IMG/VR virus record: IMGVR_UViG_3300030329_004520
Span: 18,544 to 82,543 of that record
DNA length: 64,000 bases
DNA from: a virus
Direction: 5' to 3' (one strand)
The position numbers were made by a program, and so were the translations under genes. Of the stretch, positions 39,761-50,557 are shown in pieces. The notes below the pieces were generated by a model. It was not told the DNA's origin. It saw nothing but the letters and a program-made list of their open reading frames with translations, and searched no databases. Each line of letters opens with the position of its first letter. Within the stretch, counting starts at the first letter, position 1.

Positions 39761-42700
39761 ATGTCAACAAAAGTAAATATAAGTACTCTTCAATTTGAAT
39801 TATCACAATCAGTTACCGCTAGTGGTGAAACGAAATTTACTACGGGTGAAACGGTTGAGGTTAGTTTTCTTACAAAAGGTTCTTCTCAGAATGGTGCCTT
39901 TACGAATCAAAATTTAGATTTATTCTATGCAGCAGATAAAGAATCACCTTCTTGGACAAGATTTACTAATTATCCGAAAGCATTTTATTCACCATCTACT
40001 ACAAATTATGTTACAAGAAGTTTTGTAGCGGGTGTTCCTACACCTATAGAAGCTGTTAAAATGGTAATAACAGGTTCAGTACATTCAACAGCTTCATATA
40101 ATGTATCATTATCAGATGATGGTAATTATCCTGAAGTCAAATTAAATTATGATAATATAGCTGTAAAAATACATACACCTAAAACAGAAATAACTGATGA
40201 GGGAGTTCTAATTTGGAATTCACCTAACAAGTATATCAAAGCAGATTCAGATGGTATTGAAATTAAAGGTGGAGCAGCTGAAGTAGAAACTTTGATAGCG
40301 GACACTATCCAAGTATATGGTGATGTTACTGCATTTGGTCAAATGGTAACAACTAATCTAGAACCATACACAGATAATCCAACTAACATAGGAACTACAT
40401 CTACTCCAGGAGCAGCGGCCGAAACAAAATATGCCAAAGGAGACCATCAACACGATTTACCATTTTCAATTTTAAATTCAGTTGCACAAGAAGGAGAGTT
40501 TACAAATATAAGTGGTTCAGTATATTCAACCGGTTCATTTGGTAGAGTACAATTACCTGATAGTGGAAAAATAACTTTAGGAACAGGTAGAGATTTACAA
40601 ATATATCATAATGGAACTAATTCATACATTCACGACGCTGGTTATGGTAATTTAAAAATATTAGCTTCAAATCTAGACATACAAGACAAAGATGGAGCTA
40701 ATTATATAACAGCTGTTGATAACTCTGGTGTTACGATATATCACAATGGTAATCAAAAATTTCAAACTCAAGTCGGTGGTGTAGAAATTCAAGGACATAT
40801 AACTGCAAGTAATTTAGCTGCTGGTAATAATATAAGTGCGAGTGGAACAATAGTTGGTTCAAATTTAAGTGGAACAAATACAGGTGATGTTACATTAGCT
40901 GGTACAAGAGATTATATAACAATCAGTAATCAAGTGATTACACGAAATGAAATTGATATAATGGATGATACAAATTTATCTGTTTCAGATACAAGTGGTC
41001 AGACTGGTATTAATATGACATTTACTAGTGATAACATTTCAGGTGTTGTATCGGGTTTGACTACAACTTCTGATGTTCAATTCGCTAGTGTTACTGCCTC
41101 TAATATAACTAGTTCGAAAACGGGTTCAATAAGTCATATTGATGTAGATAAAATTTTAATTGGTGGTGCCCCCGTTTCAGATTCTGTAGTAAATATTAGA
41201 CAAAATGCAGCTGTACCAATTACAAGTGATAGACAAGATAATGGAGACCACATTGTTTTAAAAAGAAGTGGAACAACAAGAGGAACTATACACACATCAG
41301 CAGCTTCAGGTCACGAATTTGAATTATATAGTGTAGGAGATTTAATTTTAAACAAAACAGATGGTGACAATGTTGGTATTGGAAAACTATCTCCAACAAA
41401 AAAATTAGAAGTAGAAGGTGACATAAGTGCTAGTACAACAATATATGCTAACACATTTGATGGAAAAGATGTCACTACTACATTAGCCGACAAAGTTATT
41501 GACAGACTAACAGCCGGTAAAATAGTAAATGATAGATTAGCTAATAGTACAATAACAATAGCGGGTTCATCAACAGCTTTAGGTACAAGTATATCAGCTA
41601 ATACAATAGCAGGTCAAATAGGTAATGACCAAATAAGTGGTGACCAAATAAATGGTGGAACAATCGATTCAACTACAATTACACATTTATCATCTTCCAA
41701 TATTACAGCCAGTGCAAACATAAGTGCAAGTGGTGATATTTTATCTGATGGTACTGGTTCATTTAAATATATAGAAGTTGTTGGAGATATATCAGCTAGT
41801 GGAACAATAACAGCAGATAACTTTGTTTCGACTGGAGCAGATGATATAATTGATTTCGGTGATAGTCTTTCTATAACAGGTAATATATCTGCTAGTGGTG
41901 ATATAAGTGGAAGTGGAACTGGTTCATTTGGACATCTAATTGTTAAAACAGATTCTGCTGGAAGTTCAGGTTCATCTCTTTCTGTTGCCGTAGGCGGAGC
42001 TGCTAATAATACATTGACGATAAAAGATGTAGATACTAAAATAGGACATCCAAATATATCTTCAACTGGAACTTTATTCTTACAAGGAGGTGGTGGTGCC
42101 ACACAAATTGGTGGAGACTTATTACCAACAGCTACTCGTGATGGTGATGATTTAGGTTCTTTAACTAGAGAATTTTCAAAATTATATGTTGTATCATCAT
42201 CAGTAAGTCGTTCATTAGTAAATGAAAATTTAGAAGTAGGTCAAACAGGTTCATTCGGAAGAATCGGTATCGGAACATCAAATCCAATAGCACCATTAAA
42301 TATAGCTCATGCATCTAATACTAGTGGCACTACTACTGGAACGACACTTCTAAGTCTTACACATTATGTCGGTTCAGGTTCAGCAGCTGAAGAAGAAGCT
42401 GATTCATCTGGTGATTTAAGAGCTCAAAAAACATTTATAGATTTTAATTTAAAAGACGGAAATTCAAACTCTACACCACAAGTTAGGGTAGGAGCAGAAG
42501 TTGGAATCGATGATATGAATGCTAGTAATCTAGGAGAAGAGGGTGCGGGAGCATTTGTAGTTTATACAAATTCAGGTTCAAGTACTAATAACGATACAAC
42601 TTATTTACTAGAAAGAATGAGAGTTAATCATATTGGTAATGTTGGTATTGGAACATCAAGTCCAACAGAAACATTGCATGTTGAAGGTTCAAAAGTTAGA

Positions 42701-45700
42701 GTTAAAATGGGTTCTGATTCTCTTGATATGCAACCATTAGCTTCAGAGTTTGCAGACCATCCATATTTTGAAATAAAAGATTTTTCTGGTTCTCGCGCCG
42801 CATATTTTGGTGGAGGTGTTAGCGGTTCTTATACACATCTTTATACAGCACAGGGAACTAATTTAGTATTAGCATCTGCTGGAGCAAATGTTGGTATTGG
42901 AACAATAGCACCAACAAAAGCATTACAGGTAAATGGTGACATAAGTGCAAGTGGTGATTTATATGTTACAGATATACAATTTACAGGAACTACAAATTAT
43001 ATTAAAGATAAAGATGGTGATAATAGAATTTCATTAACAAGTGGTGGTGATACAATATTTTATGACCACGATGGAACTGCAGCATTTTATATTGATACTA
43101 CATCACCTCGTGTTGGTGTCGGAACAGCGACTCCTGATAAAGAATTACAAGTAGCTGGTGAAATATCATCAAGTGGTGATGTATATGTAGGTGGTAATCA
43201 TTTAAGATTTACAGGAACTAACAATCACATCGATGCATCAACAGCAGGAACTATAAAGATAACATCACAAGGTACTGAAACAGCTACATTTACTGGAACA
43301 GCATCTACTTTAAGAAATCCGAATATAACAGATACAATTTCTTTATCTGGAACACAAATAGTTGATGCATCAAGAAATTTAAATAATATAAATAATATAA
43401 CAGCGACAGGAAACATAAGTGCAAGTAATAAAAGTGGAGTTCATACACTTGGTGGAAATGTCGGTATCGGAGTAACAGACCCAGACAGACCTTTAGAAGT
43501 TGTATCAGGTAATGACAATATAGCTAAATTTTATTCAACTGATGATATAGCTATTGTAGAAGTAAGAGATAATGATACCACTACACATATTGTTGCAAAA
43601 GATAGTTATATGTCTTTAGGAGGAACTGGAGGACTTAACGCAAATAATTTAAATATAAATACATCTGATGGTAAAGTTGGTATCGGAACAACAAGTCCAG
43701 ATAATCTATTACATCTTCGCGAAGCTGGCAATAGTAATGCACAACTTTACATATATGCTACAGGTTCTGCTGGTAATGAAAATGCAGCAGGTATTAAATT
43801 TAATGCATCAAATAACTATTCACAAGTAGGATTTATAAAAATTGATGATAATGGTTTCCAATTTGGAACAACTGATAACGAAGATATTAAATTTTTTACA
43901 GATGATAATGTAGAATCACTTAGATTAAAACACGCTTCTAATCAATCTGCAGATGTACACTTTCACCCAGCTTCTGTGACTTTGTTTGTTTCACAAAGTG
44001 GAGCTGTTGGTATCAACACAACATCTCCTGGTAATTCATTACCAATTGGTTTTAATTCATCAACTCCAAAATTATTAGAGATTAAATCTGAAACAACTTC
44101 AGTTGATAGTGGTCTTCTCTTACGAAGAAGTGATAACGCTACTGGTTTAGATTTATGGTCTGATAGTCACAATGGTAAAGTGTTTATTGATAGTCTTCAT
44201 AACGATGACGCTTCAGAAATGCACTTCAGAACAAGAACTTATAGTAGTGGAGATGCTGATAGTGCTATAACTATACTTGGTAGTGGAAATGTCGGTATCG
44301 GAGATACAGGTCCAGCTGAAAAATTAGTTGTTGATGGTAAAATACTTACAGATGATTCTGTTATGACACCAAAAGTTCAAGCAGCTGGCTCAACTGGATT
44401 ATATTTAACTGATGATAGTGGTACAACGACAAGTGGTATTTTTGTACAAGATGGTGGTAATGTTGGTATCAACATAATAACTCCGAGTGAAAAATTAGAT
44501 GTTAATGGAAACATAAAAACACACGGAAATATTTCATCACCAACTTTTGAAAGTGGGTTCGCTGGTAGTGGATTTAGAATCACATCTGGTTCAGATGGAA
44601 AAACATCTTTTGCAGTTGATGATTTAACCGTTAGAGGTTCAATGTCAGTATTTGAATTATTGATTCACCAAATTAGAGCAACAAATGGTTCTCTATTCGT
44701 TTCTAATACTGGTAAATTAAATTCAGCTAGTTTAGATGATGGTGATAAAAAATATACTTTATTTTTTGATACTGGAAGTCAATATGGTCATTCATTTGTA
44801 GTTGGTGATTTAATCAGAGCTCAAAGATTTAAACCTGATGCTAATGGTTCAGGTTCTCAAATTTTTAAATCAGACTTGCATGTTATTTCTACTAATACAA
44901 CACAATCATTAGTAGCTGTATTATCAGGTTCAGATACTCCAGAAATAGGATATGATTATGTAAGAATTGGAAATACTTCAAATGCTGATAGACAGGGTTC
45001 TGTTTATTTAACAGCTGATGATGCTAATGCACCATTCATTGATGTTGTTGATAATATAAGTTCTCACTCTCATTGGAATACATCAGGTAGAGTAAAAGTT
45101 AGAATGGGTAAACTAGATGGTATAACAACATCTACTTTTGGTACACTTGATAAATATGGATTCTATGCAAGTGGTAGTGCATATCTTGAAGGTTCAATAA
45201 ATGCAACATCTGGTAAGATAGCTGAATTTTCAATAGATAGTTCTTCAATATCAAGTTCAAATGATAATTTAAAATTATTTAGTGATGGTGTAATATCAGG
45301 TTCAGATGTATTTTTTGATGGTGGACAAGTCGGTGGATTCACAATAGATACAAGTGAAATAAAATCAAATAATGCAAGTGGAGAGACAGGACTAAGATTA
45401 AAAGCAGGCGGACAGATAACTGGTTCAAATGTGTTAATTGGAGGTGATTCAGAAATAGCTGGTTGGAATGTAACTGATAATAGTCTTTCAAAAGGTAGTG
45501 TTACAATAGCTTCATCAACACAATTAATTAGATTGGGTGGAGTTACAGATTTCACAAACGATGATAGTGCTAAAAAAGGTATCCTTATGGGATTGGATAG
45601 TTCTGATTATGAATTTTTTGTTGGACAAGAGGACACTCAATTTATGCATTGGGATGGTACTCAACTTAGAATATCATCTTCTAACTTTAGTTTAGAAAAT

Positions 45701-47992
45701 GGAAACATAACAGCTTCAAATGTAGATTTAAGTGGAGTGATAAGTGCAAGTGAAGGTAACATTGGTGGATTTACAACAAATGCCACAGAAATTAAATCTA
45801 ATAATGCTAGTGGTGATACAGGATTAAGATTAAAAGCAAGTGGTCAAATAACTGCATCTGATGCTAAAATTACTGGTGATATTACAGCTACAAGTGGTCA
45901 GTTTAGTGGTGATGTTATTGCTACTCACATCAATACTGATAGTGGTTCTATTGGTGGATTTATAATTGGTTCAAATTTAATTTCATCATCAACAGGAACA
46001 TTAATATTAAAAGATAACGGACAACTATCTGGTTCTGCTGTGTCAATGAGTGGTACGATTGTCGCAGAAAGTGGTAGACTAGGTGGTTGGGATATTTCAG
46101 GTAATGATATAGTTGGTAATAATATAACATTAGATGCCGCTAGTTCAAGAATTTATAAGACAGATAGTAATGATGAGTTAACTGGTTACTATATGGATTT
46201 CACACCAGGTAATAATTACTATGTAAGATTTGGAACAAACTTCGCAGTATCATCAAGTGGACAATTAATTGCAAGTGGTGCGAGAATAGAAGGTGTCTTA
46301 ACTTCATCAGCTGGAAAAATAGCTAATTGGAATATAAATACTAATACTTTATCTTCAACTAATGGTACAGGTGTTACACTTGATTCAAGTACACCGAGTA
46401 TCTATTTAGGTGGAAAATCCTCATTTACAGATAATACTGATGGTGTATGGATTGGAACTGATGGAATTTCAATTGGTGATGCTGATGAATTTAATGTAAC
46501 AAATGTTGGAGTTTTATCAGCTACAGGAGCTACAATAAGTGGTTCTTTATATTCAACTGATGCAAATATAAGTGGTATATTAAGTGCTAGTACAGGAAAC
46601 ATTGGTGGTTTCACAACAGACGCAAATGAAATTAAATCAAATGATGGTTCAAAATTAAGATTAAAAGCGAGTGGTGAAATAACTGCATCTTCAGCATTTA
46701 TAGAAGGAACGATATCTGCAAGTGCAGGTAACATCGGAGGATTTACAACAAATACAACTGAAATTAAATCTAATGATGGTTCAAAATTAAGATTAAAAGC
46801 AAGTGGTCAAATAACTGCCTCTGAGGCTAAGATAACAGGTGATATTGTTGCTAATACAATTACAGCGAATACATCAGGACAGATTGGTGGATTTGATATT
46901 GGTTCTAATATCATTTCAGCATCATCAGGAAACTTAATATTAAAATCAAGTGGACAGATAACGGCATCAGCTGTATCAATGTCAGGAACAATTGTAACAG
47001 ATGATATAGATGCTACAGGCGGTCACATTGGTGGATGGAATATAGTATCAGATGATTTATCTGCAGGTCAAGGTGACGAATATATTCAACTTGTTCCTGA
47101 CACACCAAAAATAAGATTAGGTGCAAAAGGAAGTATAGCAGATAGTAATACTGGAGTTCATATTGGAAGTGATGGATTAGCATTAGGTGCAAATTCTGTA
47201 TTTAAAGTTACACACGAGGGAGTTCTAACTGCAACAGAGGCAACAATTACAGGAGACATAACAGCAACATCAGGTGTATTTAGTGGTTCAATATCAGCTA
47301 GTGCAGGTACAATTGGAAATTGGGATATAGGAAGTACATTATCAAGTGGTACTGATTTTGTTTTAGACCCTAATACGGGTGGAAGAATCACGATGAATAA
47401 TAAGACTACTGCTTGGTCTTCAACTCTTGGTATTTATATAGGTTCAGCAAGTGTAAATAATATTGCAGATGAATATGTTATTGCTCTTGGTGATACTTCA
47501 ACTAATGATGGTGGTTTCTTTGCATCAACTGGTACAGGCGCTGACTATGTATATTTAGGTGAGTTCGGACAAGCCAATAGTACTAATGATGATGTAAGTG
47601 ATATGTCTGGAAGTTTTATTAGTTATAAATCATCAAATCAATCTATAGCAATATCATCTAAACATTTTAAAATGGATGAAACAGGAGATATCCAAATAAG
47701 TTCATCTGGTGATAGTGCACAAATTTTACTTGATGTTGATACACATAAACAACAAGGGATAGAATTAAATAGTGATAAAGGTATTTTTGGGTATGGTGAT
47801 AAAGATGGAAAAAGTAAAGAATTAGAAACACATGGAGGAATGTTTAAATTCACAGCAGCACCTATATCAATTGAAGGTGGTTTAGGAGGTCAAGGCTGGC
47901 CAACAGATGATACATCAAATGAACCTCCGACAACATTTGGGAATTCAAGTAATGAAGAAGCTTCTCCGGGGGGTGGTTATGAAGGAACTTAA
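39761..47992 (+). CDS. giant tail-fibre/appendage protein B (2743 aa)
   Basis: Many NVGIGT..P...L.V.G repeats, IGG[FW] repeats, and a domain duplicated from protein A. Confidence 0.75.
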   Translation: MSTKVNISTLQFELSQSVTASGETKFTTGETVEVSFLTKGSSQNGAFTNQNLDLFYAADKESPSWTRFTNYPKAFYSPSTTNYVTRSFVAGVPTPIEAVKMVITGSVHSTASYNVSLSDDGNYPEVKLNYDNIAVKIHTPKTEITDEGVLIWNSPNKYIKADSDGIEIKGGAAEVETLIADTIQVYGDVTAFGQMVTTNLEPYTDNPTNIGTTSTPGAAAETKYAKGDHQHDLPFSILNSVAQEGEFTNISGSVYSTGSFGRVQLPDSGKITLGTGRDLQIYHNGTNSYIHDAGYGNLKILASNLDIQDKDGANYITAVDNSGVTIYHNGNQKFQTQVGGVEIQGHITASNLAAGNNISASGTIVGSNLSGTNTGDVTLAGTRDYITISNQVITRNEIDIMDDTNLSVSDTSGQTGINMTFTSDNISGVVSGLTTTSDVQFASVTASNITSSKTGSISHIDVDKILIGGAPVSDSVVNIRQNAAVPITSDRQDNGDHIVLKRSGTTRGTIHTSAASGHEFELYSVGDLILNKTDGDNVGIGKLSPTKKLEVEGDISASTTIYANTFDGKDVTTTLADKVIDRLTAGKIVNDRLANSTITIAGSSTALGTSISANTIAGQIGNDQISGDQINGGTIDSTTITHLSSSNITASANISASGDILSDGTGSFKYIEVVGDISASGTITADNFVSTGADDIIDFGDSLSITGNISASGDISGSGTGSFGHLIVKTDSAGSSGSSLSVAVGGAANNTLTIKDVDTKIGHPNISSTGTLFLQGGGGATQIGGDLLPTATRDGDDLGSLTREFSKLYVVSSSVSRSLVNENLEVGQTGSFGRIGIGTSNPIAPLNIAHASNTSGTTTGTTLLSLTHYVGSGSAAEEEADSSGDLRAQKTFIDFNLKDGNSNSTPQVRVGAEVGIDDMNASNLGEEGAGAFVVYTNSGSSTNNDTTYLLERMRVNHIGNVGIGTSSPTETLHVEGSKVRVKMGSDSLDMQPLASEFADHPYFEIKDFSGSRAAYFGGGVSGSYTHLYTAQGTNLVLASAGANVGIGTIAPTKALQVNGDISASGDLYVTDIQFTGTTNYIKDKDGDNRISLTSGGDTIFYDHDGTAAFYIDTTSPRVGVGTATPDKELQVAGEISSSGDVYVGGNHLRFTGTNNHIDASTAGTIKITSQGTETATFTGTASTLRNPNITDTISLSGTQIVDASRNLNNINNITATGNISASNKSGVHTLGGNVGIGVTDPDRPLEVVSGNDNIAKFYSTDDIAIVEVRDNDTTTHIVAKDSYMSLGGTGGLNANNLNINTSDGKVGIGTTSPDNLLHLREAGNSNAQLYIYATGSAGNENAAGIKFNASNNYSQVGFIKIDDNGFQFGTTDNEDIKFFTDDNVESLRLKHASNQSADVHFHPASVTLFVSQSGAVGINTTSPGNSLPIGFNSSTPKLLEIKSETTSVDSGLLLRRSDNATGLDLWSDSHNGKVFIDSLHNDDASEMHFRTRTYSSGDADSAITILGSGNVGIGDTGPAEKLVVDGKILTDDSVMTPKVQAAGSTGLYLTDDSGTTTSGIFVQDGGNVGINIITPSEKLDVNGNIKTHGNISSPTFESGFAGSGFRITSGSDGKTSFAVDDLTVRGSMSVFELLIHQIRATNGSLFVSNTGKLNSASLDDGDKKYTLFFDTGSQYGHSFVVGDLIRAQRFKPDANGSGSQIFKSDLHVISTNTTQSLVAVLSGSDTPEIGYDYVRIGNTSNADRQGSVYLTADDANAPFIDVVDNISSHSHWNTSGRVKVRMGKLDGITTSTFGTLDKYGFYASGSAYLEGSINATSGKIAEFSIDSSSISSSNDNLKLFSDGVISGSDVFFDGGQVGGFTIDTSEIKSNNASGETGLRLKAGGQITGSNVLIGGDSEIAGWNVTDNSLSKGSVTIASSTQLIRLGGVTDFTNDDSAKKGILMGLDSSDYEFFVGQEDTQFMHWDGTQLRISSSNFSLENGNITASNVDLSGVISASEGNIGGFTTNATEIKSNNASGDTGLRLKASGQITASDAKITGDITATSGQFSGDVIATHINTDSGSIGGFIIGSNLISSSTGTLILKDNGQLSGSAVSMSGTIVAESGRLGGWDISGNDIVGNNITLDAASSRIYKTDSNDELTGYYMDFTPGNNYYVRFGTNFAVSSSGQLIASGARIEGVLTSSAGKIANWNINTNTLSSTNGTGVTLDSSTPSIYLGGKSSFTDNTDGVWIGTDGISIGDADEFNVTNVGVLSATGATISGSLYSTDANISGILSASTGNIGGFTTDANEIKSNDGSKLRLKASGEITASSAFIEGTISASAGNIGGFTTNTTEIKSNDGSKLRLKASGQITASEAKITGDIVANTITANTSGQIGGFDIGSNIISASSGNLILKSSGQITASAVSMSGTIVTDDIDATGGHIGGWNIVSDDLSAGQGDEYIQLVPDTPKIRLGAKGSIADSNTGVHIGSDGLALGANSVFKVTHEGVLTATEATITGDITATSGVFSGSISASAGTIGNWDIGSTLSSGTDFVLDPNTGGRITMNNKTTAWSSTLGIYIGSASVNNIADEYVIALGDTSTNDGGFFASTGTGADYVYLGEFGQANSTNDDVSDMSGSFISYKSSNQSIAISSKHFKMDETGDIQISSSGDSAQILLDVDTHKQQGIELNSDKGIFGYGDKDGKSKELETHGGMFKFTAAPISIEGGLGGQGWPTDDTSNEPPTTFGNSSNEEASPGGGYEGT
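46973..47019 (+). repeat. 47-bp exact repeat, copy 2
   Basis: Identical to 39034-39080. Confidence 0.85.
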
Positions 47993-48008
47993 TAATAAGG
48001 AATAAAAT

Positions 48009-50507
48009 ATGTCAGATTATAATTATGAATTTAGAATATTAATAGATACAGAAGAGGGTTATAAATATAGCTATGGTACATCTTCTTTAGTTAGTTTAGA
48101 TGCAAATACGAGTAAAGTTGTTACTACTGAAGATGCACTTAGTCGTATTAATTCAATGCATAGTATGTCATACTATAATGCCCCCGCATTCACAACAGGT
48201 AGTGCTTTATATACAGAAGCACCAGAACAATCTATAGGTTCAGGAAAAGTTGCAGTACCTACTTTTGAAGAAACCATTATCGGTGGACATGCAGTTGACT
48301 ATCAATATGTTTCTTGTAGTATAAAAGACAACAACTTATCAGGTTCAATAATTTTTCATTCTAATACAACTCCATTTACAACACCGATGGGTGACACAAG
48401 AATTTTAAAAAGATATAAGTTTTGGGGTAATAAAGTTTGTCAAGTATTAGGCCTTCCAGAGAATTATTGGATTTATTCTGATAAGTTTAGATTATCAAAT
48501 ACTGGTTCAGAAGCAAATTATATATCCGGTGATGTTTTAGCTACTTCTTTAAATTTAAAAACAAATTTTGCAATAAATAATGCAGGTTCAATTACATCAG
48601 ATTTACCATTTAGACATTATCAAGAAGCGGATAGATTTGTAAGATGGACAGATGTTTCATCAAGTATTCCTAACAATAAAATGTTGATAGGATATAATCA
48701 ACACAGAGATGAATATGGTATTGAAATGCCTTCTCAAGACCATTTGATGATAAGTGCTTCTGCAGTTACAATGAGTGGTGATTTAATTATTCAAGGTAGA
48801 GGATACAATCAAGACGGAAATACTATTGACCCTTTAATTGGTAGTGAACAAACAGGTTCTTTTCTAAGAGAAGTTGTAGCTGGTTCAAGTCAAGGTAGTC
48901 TAACATCAACAAGTGCTGTGGCAGTAGGAGCTGTTATAAGTATACCTGATTTAACAACTTCTGGTAAACCAACTTTTGCACAAATAACTTCAAGTGGACA
49001 GATAGAAGCTCGTGATGACATTATACTAAGAGATGGAAGTGGAACAGGTGATACTCTTGTTAGAATTTATGATTCAAATGATGATGGAGTTATTGATGTT
49101 TATCAAAACAATGCAGTAAAAATACATTTAGATGGAAATGGAGATTCTTATTTTATGAATCAACTTTGCATTGGTCATACATCTACAACTTATAACTTAG
49201 GAGTTCACCAAGGGAGCTCAGCTGCTAATTATATACACATTACTAATACTACTACTGGAAATGCATCTAATTCTGGATTTTTGGTAGGAATAGATTCGTT
49301 TGAACAAGCTAAGCTTTGGCAGAGTGAAAATGATAATATGATTTTTGGAACAAATAATACTGAAAGAATGAGACTTACTGCAGGAGGTTTGTTGAATATT
49401 GGAGAAGGAATGCTTAGTACTTCTCCTCAATTTGGTGATGGTAGAGTTAATATATCTGCTTCAAGTAATGTTGGTTTAGTTGTCGAAGCAGATGATAATG
49501 CAACCATCGGCAATCCAACTATGATTCTTTGTGGAAATAATAGAAAAGATGCCACACATTCAAGTACTCTTTTAAGATTACATGCCCCACAACATAATGC
49601 TACAGAAAGAGGTAATGGAATTGTTTTTACTAATAGTCGGAATGACCACCAATGGTTTATAGGTAGACCTTATGATTATGAATATTTTGTGTTGTCACAC
49701 GATGATACTAACTCGGGGGCCATACCTTATATAGCATCTGCTTCAATAATTCATAAACCTTCCGGTGCAACTGGATTTGGTATGGTTCCTACTTATTTTA
49801 TGGATATTACAGATAGTCCAGGGCCTGGTAGTTGTATAATGAGGATAAAACACGAAAATACATTATCAAACCAAAATAATCATATACTAAGTTTACAAAT
49901 GGGTGTTTCGGAACCTGATACAGATGGTGGTGAATGGTTTGTTTCATTTCTAGATGGTAATGGTACCCATTTGGGTAGAATAGAGGCTGATGGAAGTGGT
50001 GGAGTAACTGACCCATCTGCATTTACAGGAAAACACCCAAGTGTAATTGCAAGTGGAAGTTATGAAATAGGTATGATTGTAGAATCTACTGGTGAAATAT
50101 GGGCTAGACATACAGCTTCATTACATACTGGTATACCAAAAGTGAGTTTATCAACTACAGATTCATCTAAAAAAGTATATGGTGTTATGTCAAAATTATC
50201 AGGTAGTTATGAGGGATATGTTAGTAAATGGGGAGTAGAAAGTGATGAAATGCATATTAATATAAACTCACTAGGTGAAGGTTTAGTTTGGGTAACAAAT
50301 AAAAATGGTAATATAGACAATGGAGATTATATTGTTTCATCTGTTATACCCGGATATGGACAGAAACAAAATGATGATTTACTGAGAAATTCAACGGTAG
50401 CTAAGTCTGTAGAAACGATTGATTGGAATAGTGTAACAGACACAATTACATATAATGGAACAGAATATAAAAAGTATTTAATAGCATGTACATATCATTG
50501 TGGATAA
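48009..50507 (+). CDS. tail fibre with C-terminal intramolecular-chaperone-like domain
   Basis: FGTNNTERMRL fibre repeats; FTGKH...NSLGEGLVWV...NGDYIVSS..PGYGQKQ.DD...TVAK...CTYHCG. Confidence 0.7.
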   Translation: MSDYNYEFRILIDTEEGYKYSYGTSSLVSLDANTSKVVTTEDALSRINSMHSMSYYNAPAFTTGSALYTEAPEQSIGSGKVAVPTFEETIIGGHAVDYQYVSCSIKDNNLSGSIIFHSNTTPFTTPMGDTRILKRYKFWGNKVCQVLGLPENYWIYSDKFRLSNTGSEANYISGDVLATSLNLKTNFAINNAGSITSDLPFRHYQEADRFVRWTDVSSSIPNNKMLIGYNQHRDEYGIEMPSQDHLMISASAVTMSGDLIIQGRGYNQDGNTIDPLIGSEQTGSFLREVVAGSSQGSLTSTSAVAVGAVISIPDLTTSGKPTFAQITSSGQIEARDDIILRDGSGTGDTLVRIYDSNDDGVIDVYQNNAVKIHLDGNGDSYFMNQLCIGHTSTTYNLGVHQGSSAANYIHITNTTTGNASNSGFLVGIDSFEQAKLWQSENDNMIFGTNNTERMRLTAGGLLNIGEGMLSTSPQFGDGRVNISASSNVGLVVEADDNATIGNPTMILCGNNRKDATHSSTLLRLHAPQHNATERGNGIVFTNSRNDHQWFIGRPYDYEYFVLSHDDTNSGAIPYIASASIIHKPSGATGFGMVPTYFMDITDSPGPGSCIMRIKHENTLSNQNNHILSLQMGVSEPDTDGGEWFVSFLDGNGTHLGRIEADGSGGVTDPSAFTGKHPSVIASGSYEIGMIVESTGEIWARHTASLHTGIPKVSLSTTDSSKKVYGVMSKLSGSYEGYVSKWGVESDEMHININSLGEGLVWVTNKNGNIDNGDYIVSSVIPGYGQKQNDDLLRNSTVAKSVETIDWNSVTDTITYNGTEYKKYLIACTYHCG

Positions 50508-50532
50508 AAAATAGAAAAAAAAATGAAAAAAC

Positions 50533-50547
50533 TATATTTATATATGA
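50533..50547 (+). promoter_or_regulatory. putative late promoter TATATTTATATATGA
   Basis: Recurrent intergenic motif. Confidence 0.65.
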
Positions 50548-50557
50548 GTAAAAACAT

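Noticed and set aside
39703-39763. T4 gene 60-style ribosomal hop from the last GAG codon of fibre A
   Set aside because: The downstream GAG triplets (39751, 39753) are not in the frame of fibre B and no take-off hairpin is evident
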